This document shows positions 14,693 to 29,860 of a stretch of 64,000 nucleotides of DNA, one piece after another. Source of the DNA: Eledone cirrhosa (taxonomy: Eukaryota); NCBI GenBank assembly GCA_964016885.1, contig OZ024755.1, positions 11,904,001-11,968,000 on the forward strand, written 5' to 3'. How positions within the stretch are numbered: the first letter of the stretch is position 1; each line of letters opens with the position of its first letter. The position numbers were made by a program, and so were the translations under genes. The notes beneath the pieces were generated by a model that worked only from the letters and a program-made list of their open reading frames with translations, was not told the origin of the DNA and made no database searches.

Positions 14693-14805
<113 letters not shown>

Positions 14806-15376
14806 GTGTGTGCGTGTGTGTGTGTGCGCGCGTGTGTGTGTAAGTCAAATGGATTAGGATGACCAAGGTGAACAGAGGAGTTGAGCCCCTCTCACCTACT
14901 AAATGTTCCACATAGAAAGCATCTCCAACAGCCTCTCCGAACAAAACTCCTGCTGCTCAGCTTCCCACGATGACTCATGTTTAAAACAGATGGCAGAGAT
15001 GTGAAAAGCGGGTTTGTGGCGCCTCAACACCAGACAGTTCCGGGCAGGTAGGGCTCTGTAGCCTTGAGAAACATTCTACCTGTGAGAAGGAAAACTCTGA
15101 TTCTGAACCTAGCTAACGTCACAAGATAGGGAGTCTCTTCAGCCTTGGTTTTGAACTGCCTAGAAGGACATTCCAAAGTAAATCCTACGACCTCTGAACC
15201 TCGCTGTTACCACTCACAAAGCATTGGTCCACATAACGCTATACTGCCAAGCTGCAACGCCGCAAAACTATACCAGGATGGCGGAGTTGCAAAAGGAAGT
15301 CCTTAACACCACAGACTTGCCAGCGCCATGACATTTCTATGATGAAATTTGCTCCCTTTTTCTATATATTATTGGT

Positions 15377-15560
15377 TGTGGATTGGCAGTATCGGTAGAG
15401 GGTCGGACGCCATGCTTTCCAGCATAGTTACGTCCCTTTACGATCTGAGTTCAAATCCCGCCGAGGTTGACTTTGCCTTTCATCCTTACGGGGTCGATAA
15501 AATAAAGTACCAGTAATGCACTGGGTAATTGCTGGCCTTGTGCCAAAAGTAGAAACAATT
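15377..15560 (+). mobile_element. Same SINE family
   Basis: Homologous; TSD ttattggttg. Confidence 0.85.
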
Positions 15561-15869
15561 ATTGGTTGATACATTTTTGCAGTATTCTCGGAAAGACAAC
15601 GAATTATTTTCTACGGTTATGAATTTTAAATGACTATTGTCTTTATTGATTAAATGTTGTTCTTGAATTGTTGGTTTTATTATTTCGCCTTTCTTTTTAT
15701 TATTTATATATTTATTTATATATTTATATTCTTACACTGTAACCATGGCGATGATTTATTTTGTTCAGACGAAATTTGCATGGCCATATTTTCGATACTT
15801 TAGGTGAGGTCACCTACTAAATATTTCATCACTTTCTTTCTTCTTTTTTTTTTGTTTCTATTTTTTTTA

Positions 15870-15939
<70 letters not shown>

Positions 15940-16046
15940 TATATACATACATATACATACATATATATACATAGATATACACATATATACATACATACAC
16001 ACACATACATATACATACATACATATATAAACATATATATACATAC

Positions 16047-16125
<79 letters not shown>

Positions 16126-16674
16126 TATATAAATACATATATATACATACATATATATATGCATATATATATGCATATATATATATATATATATGTATTG
16201 ATATACATACATATATATATACACATATATATACATATATATATATATATGTGTATATATATGTATACATATATATATACAGATACATATATATACACAT
16301 ATATGTATACATATATATATACATATATATATATATACACATATATATACATATCTATATATCTATATATATATATACATATCTATATATACATATATAT
16401 ATATATACATATATATATATGTATATATATATATATAGTATATATATATATATATACACGCAAACATATATATAGTGACAGTGATGTATACAAATAAACT
16501 AAAAGAAAGTTGTAGATGTAAAATTGTATTTGATGACAAGAGTTACATAAGAAATGACTGGGTTATGGTGACATCAGTGCATAGCAGAAAATGTGATGTA
16601 ATTATAGAAGCCAGACTTTACAGCACTACACATAATGGTAGACTGTTGCTACAGTAATACATACGTACACACGC

Positions 16675-16744
<70 letters not shown>

Positions 16745-16777
16745 ATAGTAATAATAATAAATTAGAAGACTGAAATC

Positions 16778-16917
<140 letters not shown>

Positions 16918-17049
16918 TATATATATATATATTCAGGTTTGAGGTTCACCACTGTATAGAGCTGGTCTATTCCGTATGGTCAATCGTAATGCAATCATAG
17001 TATAATAAACCTTTCAAGGATTTACACAAATCCAGCCTCCTGTCATTTC

Positions 17050-17110
<61 letters not shown>

Positions 17111-17269
17111 TATAGATATATTGACATATATAGATATAGATATATATATATTGACATATATAGATATATATAGAGAGATATAGATATAGATAAATATATA
17201 CGTAAATATATAACATATATGTGTGTGTGTTTATGTTTGTCTCTGCGTGCGTGTGTGTGTGTGTGTGTG

Positions 17270-17368
<99 letters not shown>

Positions 17369-17417
17369 TATACGTATATGCATATATATATATATCGAAT
17401 ATATATATATATATATA

Positions 17418-17604
17418 GGAAGCAGTAAGACCCCGACGGCTGAGCTCAAGCCGTTTCGACGGCTAATTCTGCGAATTAGCCGTCGAAACAGCTTGAGCTC
17501 AGCCGTCGGGGTCTTACTGCTTCCTATTACCCACTCTACTACCCTAAGTATTGAGTACTTTGGTGCGTTATGGTCCACCTGGTTCCTTATCACATTTCCT
17601 TCGT

Positions 17605-17605
<1 letters not shown>
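17418..17605 (+). mobile_element. Family A short fold-back element (hairpin plus tail) in (TA)n
   Basis: About 52-bp inverted arms around 'tgc', then an 80-nt tail. Contains GAAAC(a/g)GCttgagctcaGCCGTC, like the 3' half of an HHR. Confidence 0.8.
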
Positions 17606-17635
<30 letters not shown>

Positions 17636-17753
17636 GTAAATATATATACATATTTATACACCTACACACGCAGAGAAAGACATACATATATATATATATA
17701 TATATATACATACACATTATATATACATATATATATACATATACATTACATAC

Positions 17754-17839
<86 letters not shown>

Positions 17840-17840
17840 C

Positions 17841-17901
<61 letters not shown>

Positions 17902-18112
17902 TATACATATATATACATATATTCATATACATATATATATACATTTATACATATATATACATATATACATATACATATATATATACATATATATAAATAT
18001 ATACTTATATTTATATATACATATAAATATACATATATATACATATATATTTATATGCATATATATATATACATATATACATATATACATATATATATAT
18101 ACATATATTTAA

Positions 18113-18155
<43 letters not shown>

Positions 18156-18211
18156 ATAATAATAAATTTGAAGACTAAAATCCATATATATACATACATA
18201 TATTCACACAT

Positions 18212-18346
<135 letters not shown>

Positions 18347-18593
18347 CCTAAAAAGACACGTATATATACCTATGAATATATGTCTACATATATATGGGGA
18401 TGTGTCTCTATGTGTGCAATTTTAAGTGCGTGTGTTTGAGACAGTCAAAGTGGTGGGGTGAGACATGTTTGGTGTGTGAATGTGACATATTACACAGCTG
18501 CTAAACTGTTGCCATAGATGTAAAATACCATACTCAGTTTGCAGCAATCTAGAACATTGTATAGAATCATAATGAAGATCGTATAAACATTTC

Positions 18594-18748
<155 letters not shown>

Positions 18749-18871
18749 TAAAATAACAGATTAAAGTTTAAGCAAAGGATCGCTGCTTTCACCCTACGGT
18801 TCTTATATATTTGATATATATTTATCCTTATCGAGCCCTCTTTGGATTTTAGTCTTCAAATTTATTATTAT

Positions 18872-18942
<71 letters not shown>

Positions 18943-19298
18943 GCCTTTGTGCGTGTATGTGTGTATGAATATAAAACTTCTATTGAATGCAATCATGCTA
19001 GGGCACCGTCTTGAAAAAAGAAAATATATATATATATATATATATAAAATGAAAGGTATAGAGATTGTTTTAGCGAGAAGCTAATAGTATTCTATAACAT
19101 ATATGCGACTATAACGTTTGCTGTTTACCTGGCAACACAAGACCAAGAAATCACGGCGTCATTCTACCGACATGGGTTTAAAGAGGCTGTTTGCATAATT
19201 TCAAACGAATCGAATACTATCATAAATATTAAAAAAACTCAGATTACATTTATTGTATTCAGCCATGTGGAGCTATAAAGTATTTGTTTTATATATAT

Positions 19299-19335
<37 letters not shown>

Positions 19336-19342
19336 TTATTTA

Positions 19343-19436
19343 CAGTGTGTCCCCAAAAATGTATACACTTGATTACCCTTACAAGCAACATCTATTAGAA
19401 TGCCGTTGTAATGTGTATACATTTTTGGACACCCTG
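19343..19436. mobile_element. Tc1/mariner-type MITE
   Basis: TA|cagtgtgtccccaaaaatgtatacac ... gtgtatacatttttggacaccctg|TA. Confidence 0.8.
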
Positions 19437-19438
19437 TA

Positions 19439-19490
<52 letters not shown>

Positions 19491-19707
19491 CACTTATATT
19501 TTGTATAAGTTTCCCACGGTCTCTTTGCTCTCTTCAAAGTAGAATAAATAATTAATTACAATTCTGAAACAATGAACTCATTTCGTTTATCATTGTATGT
19601 TGATCGGATTATTAGCGTTAAATCGAGTCGTACTGCCCTCCTGCAAATTCGACGTCGATAGATTCCTATAAATAAATACATATTATTGTTGTTAATATTA
19701 AATCATC

Positions 19708-19898
19708 AGGCAGTGGATTGACAGTATCGGTAGTGGGTTGGACGCCATGCTTTGACGCATAGAGTTACGTCTCTTGTCATTCTGAGTTCAAATCCCGCCG
19801 AGGTTAACTTTGCCTTTCATCCTTACGGGGTCGATAAAATAAAGTACCAGTAATGCACTGAGTAATTGCTGGCCTTGTGCCTAAAGTAGAAACAATTA
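19708..19898 (+). mobile_element. Same SINE family
   Basis: Homologous; TSD tattaaatcat. Confidence 0.85.
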
Positions 19899-20042
19899 TT
19901 AAATCATTACTATTATTATATCTAAACTCTACTGGAGTACCACGTTGAACAATAGGCTTACTAATCGTAATTAGTAACATATTCGCTCTCTTTATCTATA
20001 TCACTCTGTGTATGTATGTGTGTGTGTGTGTGTGTAAATATA

Positions 20043-20255
20043 CAGGGTCAGCATAAAGTCTTTCCCTGATTATAAAATACCATATCTTTGATATTCTTCG
20101 ATATCTTACTTTTTCATTGATTTGATTTATAAATTTCTAGTTTCAAGTTTTTCTTAACATGTTTTACATGTTCTCTTCTACGGGAAGTAGTTGTAATTTT
20201 CAGTAACAAATTGGTAGCTATGAAACAAAAAGGGAAATACTTTATGCTCTCCCTG
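20043..20255. mobile_element. Tc1/mariner-type MITE
   Basis: TA|cagggtcagcataaagtctttccc ... gggaaatactttatgctctccctg|TA. Confidence 0.75.
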
Positions 20256-20261
20256 TATATT

Positions 20262-20693
20262 AATAGAATACCCGACGATGCCTAGGTAAATATATATCTA
20301 AAAATGAACGTGGGTTCTTCTTAATGAAGGCATGTTCGGTTTAATGGAACATTATTGTATTTCTCTTGATATTTAGCTTTCATGTAAGCAATAAATTTCT
20401 ATTTACAAAAAGTTTATAGCATTCCATTATCTAATGCACTGTGCTAAAGATACACGATCAATTTGAATAGTAAACTTCATAATTCAATTGTGTAAATCTG
20501 ATATTGCTAATTCATGCGTATTATATAAGAACAGAGGATTAAGTGTATGAGAAAACAGTTTTAATTAATTTGAAACTATTACTGAGCGTTTTATTCTTTT
20601 TCTCTTGAAATACTTTAACCCTCAAAAGCCTTTAAAAATAGTAGAAACCAGAGTGTCGCGGGCTAAACCACTAACAGCACTACAACCACGCAC

Positions 20694-20700
<7 letters not shown>
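20262..20700 (-). mobile_element. Possible decayed short Helitron
   Basis: tagaatacccgacgatgcctagg resembles the terminal hairpin/CTAG end of the other Helitrons. Confidence 0.3.
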
Positions 20701-20737
<37 letters not shown>

Positions 20738-20894
20738 AACCGTAGAGCAAATATTTATTAAAATAACAGATTAAAGTTTAAGCAAAGAATCGCTGCTTTC
20801 ACCCTTAACGGGATCTTCAAGATTCTTATATATTTGATATATATTTATCCTTATCGAGCCCTCTTTGGATTTTATTCTTCAAATTTATTATTAT

Positions 20895-20945
<51 letters not shown>

Positions 20946-21380
20946 TCAGAAACTGTGAATCGCTTTGCATACATTCATTTATTCAGAACACTGCCCATTA
21001 CTAGTAATATATATATGTGTGTGTTGTGTGTGTGTATAAGTATATATGCACATGTATGGCTGTGCAGTTAAGGAGTGCATTTCACTCCCACGTGATTTGG
21101 CTGACTAATGACTTGTAATTGGAATTAGGTAGACGTCGACTGCAGAAGCCGTTACTGTATAAATATGTGTGTGTGAGTGTATATTTTTGTCTGAGTTCCT
21201 CAAACAGACAACGATAAAATAAGTACAAGGTTCAATACTCTCTAATAAGTGTGTGCCCTGGCATAGCCGCAGTCAAATAACTGAAATCAGTAAAATTATA
21301 AGAGACAATATATATATATATATATTATAAAATAACAGGAGGCTGGACTGGTGTAAATCTTTGAAAGGTTTATTATGCTA

Positions 21381-23186
21381 CTAGCAGTTTAGCCCGGCGT
21401 TGCTCGGGTTTGTTCATTTGCTATGAAAAGTTACATACAGGTAAACGTAGCTTGAAAGCGCATAAGCTTATCAATTAAGTGCATAAAGCAGTTGAACCGG
21501 TTATTAATAGTTACGAACCAATTAGAATTTTGGACAATCAATGATGGGTTAATAATCCTCTAATAGCGAATTTAGTAGACCAAAGTTGCAAGATGGTGGC
21601 CCTGATGCCGCTGGGTGTCAGATCTGTCCGCTATGGGTGACCCTACCAGTTTTCTAGACGGCATAGCTCCAACACCTCCAACACCTGCACCAACATCTAT
21701 AGCACCTCTTTGTAGACGATATTGTATGTCATCCCTTGAGGAGTGTAAGCAAAATGTCCATTCCTGCTCCCTACGCGGGAACAGGCAACATAAAGTTGGC
21801 CATGGGAGAGAAGCCAGTTTCAGTCTGAACACTCTGGCAATGAGGTAATGTCTGTTCGAATAATTTTGCCCAGGAAAAATTTCACGAGTTACATTCCGAT
21901 TCATATGTCTATAGCATTAATCTGTTATATGAAGTGTTATTTTGCGGGTTGTTATTTGCAATAAGCCGATTGAAAATGCCCCAGATAAGCCGTATGCCAA
22001 TACGGAACGCTCCACTGCAGTGTTGTCATATAGTGAGTGAAGAGCGACAGAGAGAGTAAAGCAGTTAAATTATAGAGAGGTGGAATATACGGAACGCTAC
22101 ATTTTATCATATACATTGTTTCTCTCTCTGCAGTGTTGTCATATAGGGAGTGAAGAGCGACCGAGAGAGTAAAGCAGTTAAATTATAGGGGGAATATACG
22201 AAATGCTCCATTTGATCATATACATTGTTTCTCTTTCTGCAGTGTTGTCATATAGGGAGTGAAGAGCGACAGAGAGAGTAAAGCAGTTAAATTATAGAGA
22301 GGGGAGAATGATCATGATCGATTTTTGCCCTTATTGTTGATTGATTTGAAATTTGTTTGCTTCATGACCTTCTCCTGACCAAAAGCAATAATTGTCCCGA
22401 CTTTGAATAGAATCCCGTGAAAAAGGTTTTCTCAATTTTTTGTCTCATATTGAGAAAAACAAAGAAAGAAAATTACCAAAAGGACAACAATAAAATATAA
22501 TATCTTTGTTGAGAATCATGTAAATAAATGCTTAAGCGTCGTTATTGTTACGTTTGTTGTTTTATAAATTCATCTGTTGCTTTTGAATATTTGTTATTTG
22601 ATGTAAAATGTAAGTGTGGAAAATGTAACGTTGAGAGAGCAGTATGTATTTAGTGTTATCGGCTTTTTAAATTTTGATATTTGATGTATGAGTGTCGTTA
22701 TGACTTAGGTTCAAAGTTTGTGTCGCGTTCCTTCAAAAGAAGTTTCGTCGTTGTTCTAAACTGTAAAGGGTAGTAGACGGAGGCAGTAACCTTTTAAAGA
22801 GAGTTGCAGAGGAGATTGAGGACGGAGTAGAGAGAGTGATGAACCTTTTAAAGAGAGTTGCAGAGGAGATTGAGAGTGGAGTAGAGGAAAAGATGAACCT
22901 TTTAAAGAGAGTTGCAACATGTATGTAGTTTCATATATTTTGATGGTAGTAGTGAGAGGAATGAAGCGTGTAAGAGAGAGGGTTAAATCATGTATTTAGT
23001 TTTATCGATTTTTTTTCATAGAAGCAGGAAATTTTGGCAAAAATAATTACGCGTTGACCTGCCCTGGTAAATTTGGAGCACATTTGAAAAAAATTCATTA
23101 AAATCGGTAGAGAAATGTGGAAATGCATAAAAATCATACACACACACAGACAGACATCTCCCGTTATATATATATAGAGAGAGAGA
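21381..23186 (-). mobile_element. Non-autonomous Helitron with Rep remnant
   Basis: Minus-strand 5' TC..., 3' hairpin cccgagcaacgccggg plus CTAG followed by T. 21818-21904 translates REIFPGQNYSNRHYLIARVFRLKL, resembling the Rep motif PGQ...DRxDLxARVF. Internal ~120-bp x3 and ~54-bp tandem repeats. Confidence 0.8.
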
Positions 23187-23336
23187 GTTCAATGAGCGGG
23201 TTCAGTATGAATCCGGTGACATCATCAGGTAATTCAAAATATTACGAAGGAATATAATAGATAAAATCCATGGTGCTGAAAATCAGAGACAGGAGGGCGA
23301 CCGACAATTTAGTAGCTTGTACCTCTGTCGACCGCC

Positions 23337-23471
<135 letters not shown>

Positions 23472-23650
23472 GTATGTGGTTGGCGGCTGATAGAAAAGAG
23501 TACTCAATACCGAAGTTTTATTATTCATTTTATTAAGGCTAAATAGTGAGTCTTGTTACTCTTGAGTTTTGCCTATATATATATATATAGAGAGAGAGAG
23601 AATGAGAAAATGCGAAGTAGTTTCAGATGTTAAAGTCCTTTAATAGTAAT

Positions 23651-23725
23651 GCTGTGATACATATTTCAATGACGACAGTGTCCACACGATTCCGTGTACC
23701 CAGTGCCGTGACATCATCAGACAGC
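23651..23725 (-). ncRNA. Type I hammerhead ribozyme (family F)
   Basis: Minus strand reads GCTGT-CTGATGA-tgtcacggca...tgtcgtcatt-GAAATATGTATC^ACAGC. Perfect 5-bp stem I, AUC site. Confidence 0.8.
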
Positions 23726-23819
23726 TTCTTATGTAATAAGGTTACGTTCCCAAGGCAATCCAAACAGAAACGACAAGGGAACGGCCATGGCGTGTGTTCT
23801 TGAATCGTTATATGTCTAT

Positions 23820-24170
23820 GTGAATTGGTAGAGGGTCGGACGCCCTGCTTTGACGCACTGGGGTAATGGCTGGCCTTGTGCCAAAAGTAGAAACAGTTAT
23901 ATGTCTATCCTGGACACACACTGTAAATATCTACTGTTGCTTTTGAAAAAGTTGGGGGAAACATTTTATATAAACGTTATTCTAGTGGATTGTCAGTATC
24001 GGTAGAGGGCCGGACGCCTTGCTTTGAAGCATAGAGTTACCTCCCTTTATGATCTGAGTTCAAATCCCGCCGAGGTTAACTTTGCCTTTCATCCTTACGG
24101 GGTCGATAAAATAAAGTACCAGTAATGTACTGTGTAATTGCTGGCCTTGTGCCAAATGTAGAAACAGTTA
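23820..24170 (+). mobile_element. Two SINE copies (internally deleted 23820-23897; full 23984-24170)
   Basis: TSDs gttatatgtctat and gttattcta. Confidence 0.8.
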
Positions 24171-24412
24171 TTCTAATACACCAAGAGAGAAACCTTAACA
24201 GAAGGATTGCCTTACTCCAGTTGTATATTAATACACCGGACACTAAATAGCCGTGTCGTATAAATGTGTGGTAGACTGCTTGCTTAGAGGGTAAGGGAGT
24301 CCCTCGTGACAGTAAATTGGGGCCTACCGACCTATTTCAAAGAGTTGAGATGGAAGGTCTGTGTTTTTCTCACATCTGTGAGAAAAACCACAGACCCTCC
24401 ATCTCAACTCTA

Positions 24413-24450
24413 CTTTTGAAAAGCAGAAGAACTGCGAAACCGGTAAAAAA
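24413..24450 (+). ncRNA. Degenerate hammerhead-like fold
   Basis: ttTGAAAA-GCAG aagaa CTGC-GAAACCGGTA^aaa. Stem II and palindromic stem III are intact but the core is mutated. Preceded by a hairpin at about 24342-24411 and followed by a tail and (TA)n. Confidence 0.4.
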
Positions 24451-24518
24451 AAACAAATAAATATATATATTTTTTTTAAAATAAGACTCCAGTTGCATTT
24501 TCGATTTCATCTTTTTTT

Positions 24519-24619
<101 letters not shown>

Positions 24620-24639
24620 TGTGTGTGTGTATCTATATC

Positions 24640-24676
<37 letters not shown>

Positions 24677-24715
24677 GGTGTGTGTGTATCTATATATATA
24701 TATATATATATAAAT

Positions 24716-24758
<43 letters not shown>

Positions 24759-24787
24759 TGTGTGCGCGTATATATATATATACATAC

Positions 24788-24819
<32 letters not shown>

Positions 24820-25213
24820 TAATTAACCCTCTAAGAAGGTGTAATAAAAAATACAACCTTTTGTTGATGAGTTAACACAGAAGAAGTTGGACTATGATAA
24901 TCATGATGATAATCAGGACTATGATGATGACGACAAGAAAGAGAATGACAAGTAGGAAGAGAAGGAGGTGGAATATAATGGTGGCTATAACTGCCAGTGA
25001 TTGTGACAATATTATTGCAGACAGCCAACAATGTATTATTCACAATCACCATAGTTGGTTATCAATCATACATTCCTGCCTAGAATGATATTACCATATA
25101 CTCATTAAATATAGATTTCATATATGTCGAGGAGAACCACTCATTGACATACATATAGACATATATGTGTATGCCTGTGTACATACATGCATAATTGTAT
25201 GTATACTTGTGTA

Positions 25214-25405
<192 letters not shown>

Positions 25406-25544
25406 ATTAAGTGTCTTTACCTTTTTATTATTATTTTCCTTGTATATATATATATATCTATCCTGGAGTTTCCAACAGTAATGGTTGCATTTTTTAAGGG
25501 TATGTCAATATTTATTTATAAAACTGATAACTGATATATATTGT

Positions 25545-25607
25545 ATTTTGTCTGATGAAAGCATACCATAATTTAACGTGGTGTCCTTGAAATATGTATA
25601 ATAGAAT
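25545..25607 (+). ncRNA. Type I hammerhead ribozyme (family G)
   Basis: ATTTTGT-CTGATGA-aagcatacca...tggtgtcctt-GAAATATGTATA^ATAGAAT. 7-bp stem I including G-U pairs. Confidence 0.75.
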
Positions 25608-25647
25608 AAATATGGTTTTATAAATATAGTTTCCATTTGTTAATATC

Positions 25648-25712
<65 letters not shown>

Positions 25713-27135
25713 AGGCAAATAATAATGAGGATTTAAAGACACACTTTATGTGTTTTATGTACATGCACGTTGACAACATAAAACAAAGAGAAATTAGTTC
25801 ATACAATATAAATTATAGGTTGTTCTTTTAATATATAGGTAGGTTTTCAGAAATAGTCATTATTTTCTATTTAGCTTTTGCACTAAGAGGTTTCATTCAG
25901 AGTAAATTTTCAAAGTTTCATTTTGATTTGTGTGGGAGTTCGATATATGTTCTTCTCTCTCACGTTTGCATATATGCCATATTGAGTTATATCCTCCATG
26001 TGCTATTGTTTGTCGCTTATGATCTTACCGTATCTTTGTTGTCGCTTATGACAAAAGTAAATACAACCACTGAAAAAATGTGTTATGCCATGTATTCCAA
26101 CCCTTCTACAAGGACATACAACTAAATCTACTTAATCTACCAAGGGGCATAAAAAAAAAGAAACAGCTCTTTCAAAAGTAACCAATTATAATGGGTAAAG
26201 TAGCCAAATTCACTGAAATGAAAAAAAAAACGATGAATGGAAAATTGCAAGCTATAAATAAATAGACTGAAGTCAGAACATACAGCTACCTATAAGAAAA
26301 CCCCAAATTTAACACACACACACACACACACATATATATATGTGTGTGTGTGCAATAATTTCCTATATGTGTAGAGGAGAAAACGTTCTTTATAAAAGTA
26401 TAGAATTGTTGCAATTTAAAGACAAGGACAATAGAAGACTATATTTAACAGTAAGCAGAACCCGGCCTATAATAGCACACGAACTAAGCCAAAAACAAAA
26501 AAAAGATTTTAGTAAAGAATAAATTGCGAAGGCGACGTTAATTACATCGGGGGTTATCTAAACTCGGATTAAACATGTAAAAATGAGATAAAACATAAAC
26601 CCGGAATCAAACACATTAACGAATGACTGTAAAGAAAATAAATAAAACTTGTACAAAGTCAGTATACTGCAGTTACTTAACAGAAAGGAAATACAGCAAC
26701 ATGAGACCTCTTCTTATATTTATTTATTCCGGTAAAATTTTCAGACTAGTCATTGACCTCCTGCATATAAAACAAGGACTTCTGTTATTTTCACTTTCTG
26801 TTTAGAATTTTCGAATAGTTTGTTGTCCTGTACCTCACATTACCCATTTAATGATCTCGTGAGCTAGATTTTGAAATATTCAGTCACTGTAATTAATTTC
26901 ACTTTATATATTATACAGTAAATATTAGCGAAGGCCATACGAAGTTGTGCATACATTTATTCAGCTATTATACATATTTCCCGGCGAGTCGATGATTACT
27001 TGATGTAATCCCCCATGTAACCATCAGCATGAGTTCATCAGCTAACATTGAGAGATAAAGACAAACAACTTGTATAGGCCGGCTCCCGCTTGAGTGTTGA
27101 TTGCACAACTCTAGTCAGTTAACACCTTATATATA

Positions 27136-27197
<62 letters not shown>

Positions 27198-27539
27198 TGT
27201 CTTTAGCAAATGACTAGCTCGGAGCTTTAATCAGTTACAATCAGCTTGATTTGTTCGTCAGACGTAATGGAGATGAGAATCAGAATATGTAATTCTCTGT
27301 GTTTGTAAGACCTCAGGCCTGCCTATATACAGGTTATCTACCACACGCAAATTAGTACAGATATAACTTTATCATACACTTTGGCTGCTATATATTTGTA
27401 TGCTCTATATATTTGTGACTCCTGGGGCTTTGGTTATATATCATTTGGTTATGTCATTATGTTTTTTTTTTTATTATTGCCACAGCACTTATTATTATAG
27501 GTATTGTCTCTGTTTTCATCATCCACCAATAACGCCAGT

Positions 27540-28080
27540 ACCATATAACAACAGAGATACTATCCATGTGGCTTCAAATTTATTTCGGACGTTAAATTTC
27601 GACTTAAGAACCAGTCTCACTCTTTGAAAGTATTCTTCTGTAAATTCTCGATTTCATTTCTTGTTTCATAACGCTATTCATCTCTAAAATTCCAAGATAT
27701 TTGTTCCCGTCATCTTTCATCTGTTTCATGACTTCCCCTGATGGCAGCACTATTCCAGCAATATGTTTGATATTGCCTTTTTTCAAAGCTAATACTCTAC
27801 ATTTATTCAAGCCATATTCCATTTGAATATCAACACGGAATCAATACACAGTGTCCACAAGTGAGCTTATTTGCGGTTCATCTTTTCCATACAGTTTAAG
27901 ATCATATATAAAAAGTAATTGAATGATTTTCTGTTGTTTCCCCTCAAAATCATATCGAGGCTTCACTCTTTTCAAGTTCATAATCAGCAGCACCCAACAT
28001 AGTACAAACAAAACTAGTCATAAGCTGTGACCCTGAAATATTACTCTTTTGACTTCTATTCTTCACAGCTGGTTAACTCT
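27540..28080 (-). pseudogene. Decayed Dong/R4-like reverse transcriptase fragment
   Basis: LLFIYDLKLYGK (YMDD-like) ... MEYGLNKCRVL ... KYLGILE, with stops. Confidence 0.7.
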
Positions 28081-29219
28081 GTTTGCCATTTATCCATGTT
28101 TTTACACAAAAACTGTTCAATTTCAAATTAGTATTATTACTACTATTTTCTCGTGAATTTCCTCGCACCTTCTCATAAAGTGTCATATTTATCATCTTGT
28201 GTGACGAATAAGCCCTGTACATACAGCTTTGAAACTCATTCACCAATTTAAACAATAAATATATATAAACACATATGGCTTTGTGTGTGATCGTGTGTAT
28301 ATGCGTATTTATGTCATCTGATAGAGTTTCAATAATCAAAGAAGTTATTATAATGAAGTATTAAAACGAAACTGGTTTTAAAATATAATTATTTTTATAT
28401 AATTAATATTTATTCCAACACATGCTAAAAAGGAAGACGTGTCATCATTTGGTTCAATGCCCCGTACAACCTTAATTTAAATATATGTGTTGCTAAACAT
28501 TTATTTTACGTATTAGATAAGCACATTCCGAAACAATCATGAATGTTATTAGTATTTAATAGAAATAATGTTAAGATTAGCTCCACTTTCATATACAATT
28601 TTGCCACAGAAATAGTAGAGATCGTAAACAACTATTTATATGTAATACATCATGTTCATGAAACGGAAATAACCCGATATATTGCCCATTAATTAATTAA
28701 TGGTTTTCAAAATCGATAGTTTGTCGGGCAAATGTATTTATGGCAGATAATTTGCTTTCCAAAGATTAACGTCGAATTAATTAAAAATAATTTTAAGGAC
28801 GAACTAATCAGCATCAAGTTTAGTTTTAAAATCCGAAAATATTTCCGTATACAAAATTAGGAAAAGAAGGGAACCGGTAGTCAGATCGAACCAAGGAAAC
28901 AATGTTTCCATCGGCCTTTTAATTGCTGATACTGTCTGCCGATCGCAATTCCTGGAAGAAGTGGATGGAATTTAAAATCAGAACGTTGACATCCGGGTCA
29001 GATACTGCAAAGCATCCTGGTATTTTATCGAGCCAGAAAGGATGAAAAACAAAGTTGACTTTGGTAGGATTTGAACACAGACAATAGTGAGTTAGATCAA
29101 ATACTAAAGCGATTAATCCAACGTCCGAAAGACTTTGCCAAATGTATACAATTTATATAAAACAACGATATTTTCGTTTCTTTTCAACAACAATAAAATA
29201 TTTATTTCAAGTAATTAAA

Positions 29220-29860
29220 TAGAACCCTAGATATCTCTACAAATATTAGGCTTCACAATCAGGAACGACCTATCATGAAGAACCCTAATTCTCTAGCTAG
29301 CTAGAACCACATCTCAATGACTTACCTTTCTACTTAGGGCCAGAAAATACGTCAACCCTTATCAACTAATGATCAACATATCTTATATTAGATCCTCAGT
29401 GAAATACTTCTACCACATGATGCTGCTGTCACTCACAGTGGCATACTAGACCACATCTCGAAAAAGAGCCACTCGTTTAATTGGTATAAAGTTTGTCTCC
29501 GATACTCAACATCCCCCACCAAGAGATTTACTGTCTCCTCCCTTAACCTCTTCTACTGTTACTACAATGGTTTCTGGTCCTTAGAGCTTACTATGCCCAT
29601 ACCACCTTCAACCAAGCACTCTCGACCCATTCCCCATGTTGCCTTTATCACCCCTACCAAGACAGAAGACCGCTCGAAACACTCCGCACAGTCTCTGCTA
29701 CCGATAACGTCAACCCTCTGTAACTCCCTGCATGCTCAAGTCTTTCCAGAGAGTGTGGACCTAATCAGAACATCAACGGCGTTGATATTTCCCGTCTCTG
29801 AGAATATGTGAAGGTCATGGGCACTGCTCCTTCCTCCAAAGATAGTGTGTGAGAATTAAA
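29220..29860 (+). pseudogene. Decayed CR1/Jockey-like LINE 3' portion
   Basis: LQILGFTIRNDLS..., RARKY, KRATRLIG, LFYCYYNG, with frameshifts. Confidence 0.55.

Noticed and set aside
26130-26520. Possible decayed GIY-YIG segment (NVLYK...LYL...TRP)
   Set aside because: Too degenerate to call by eye.
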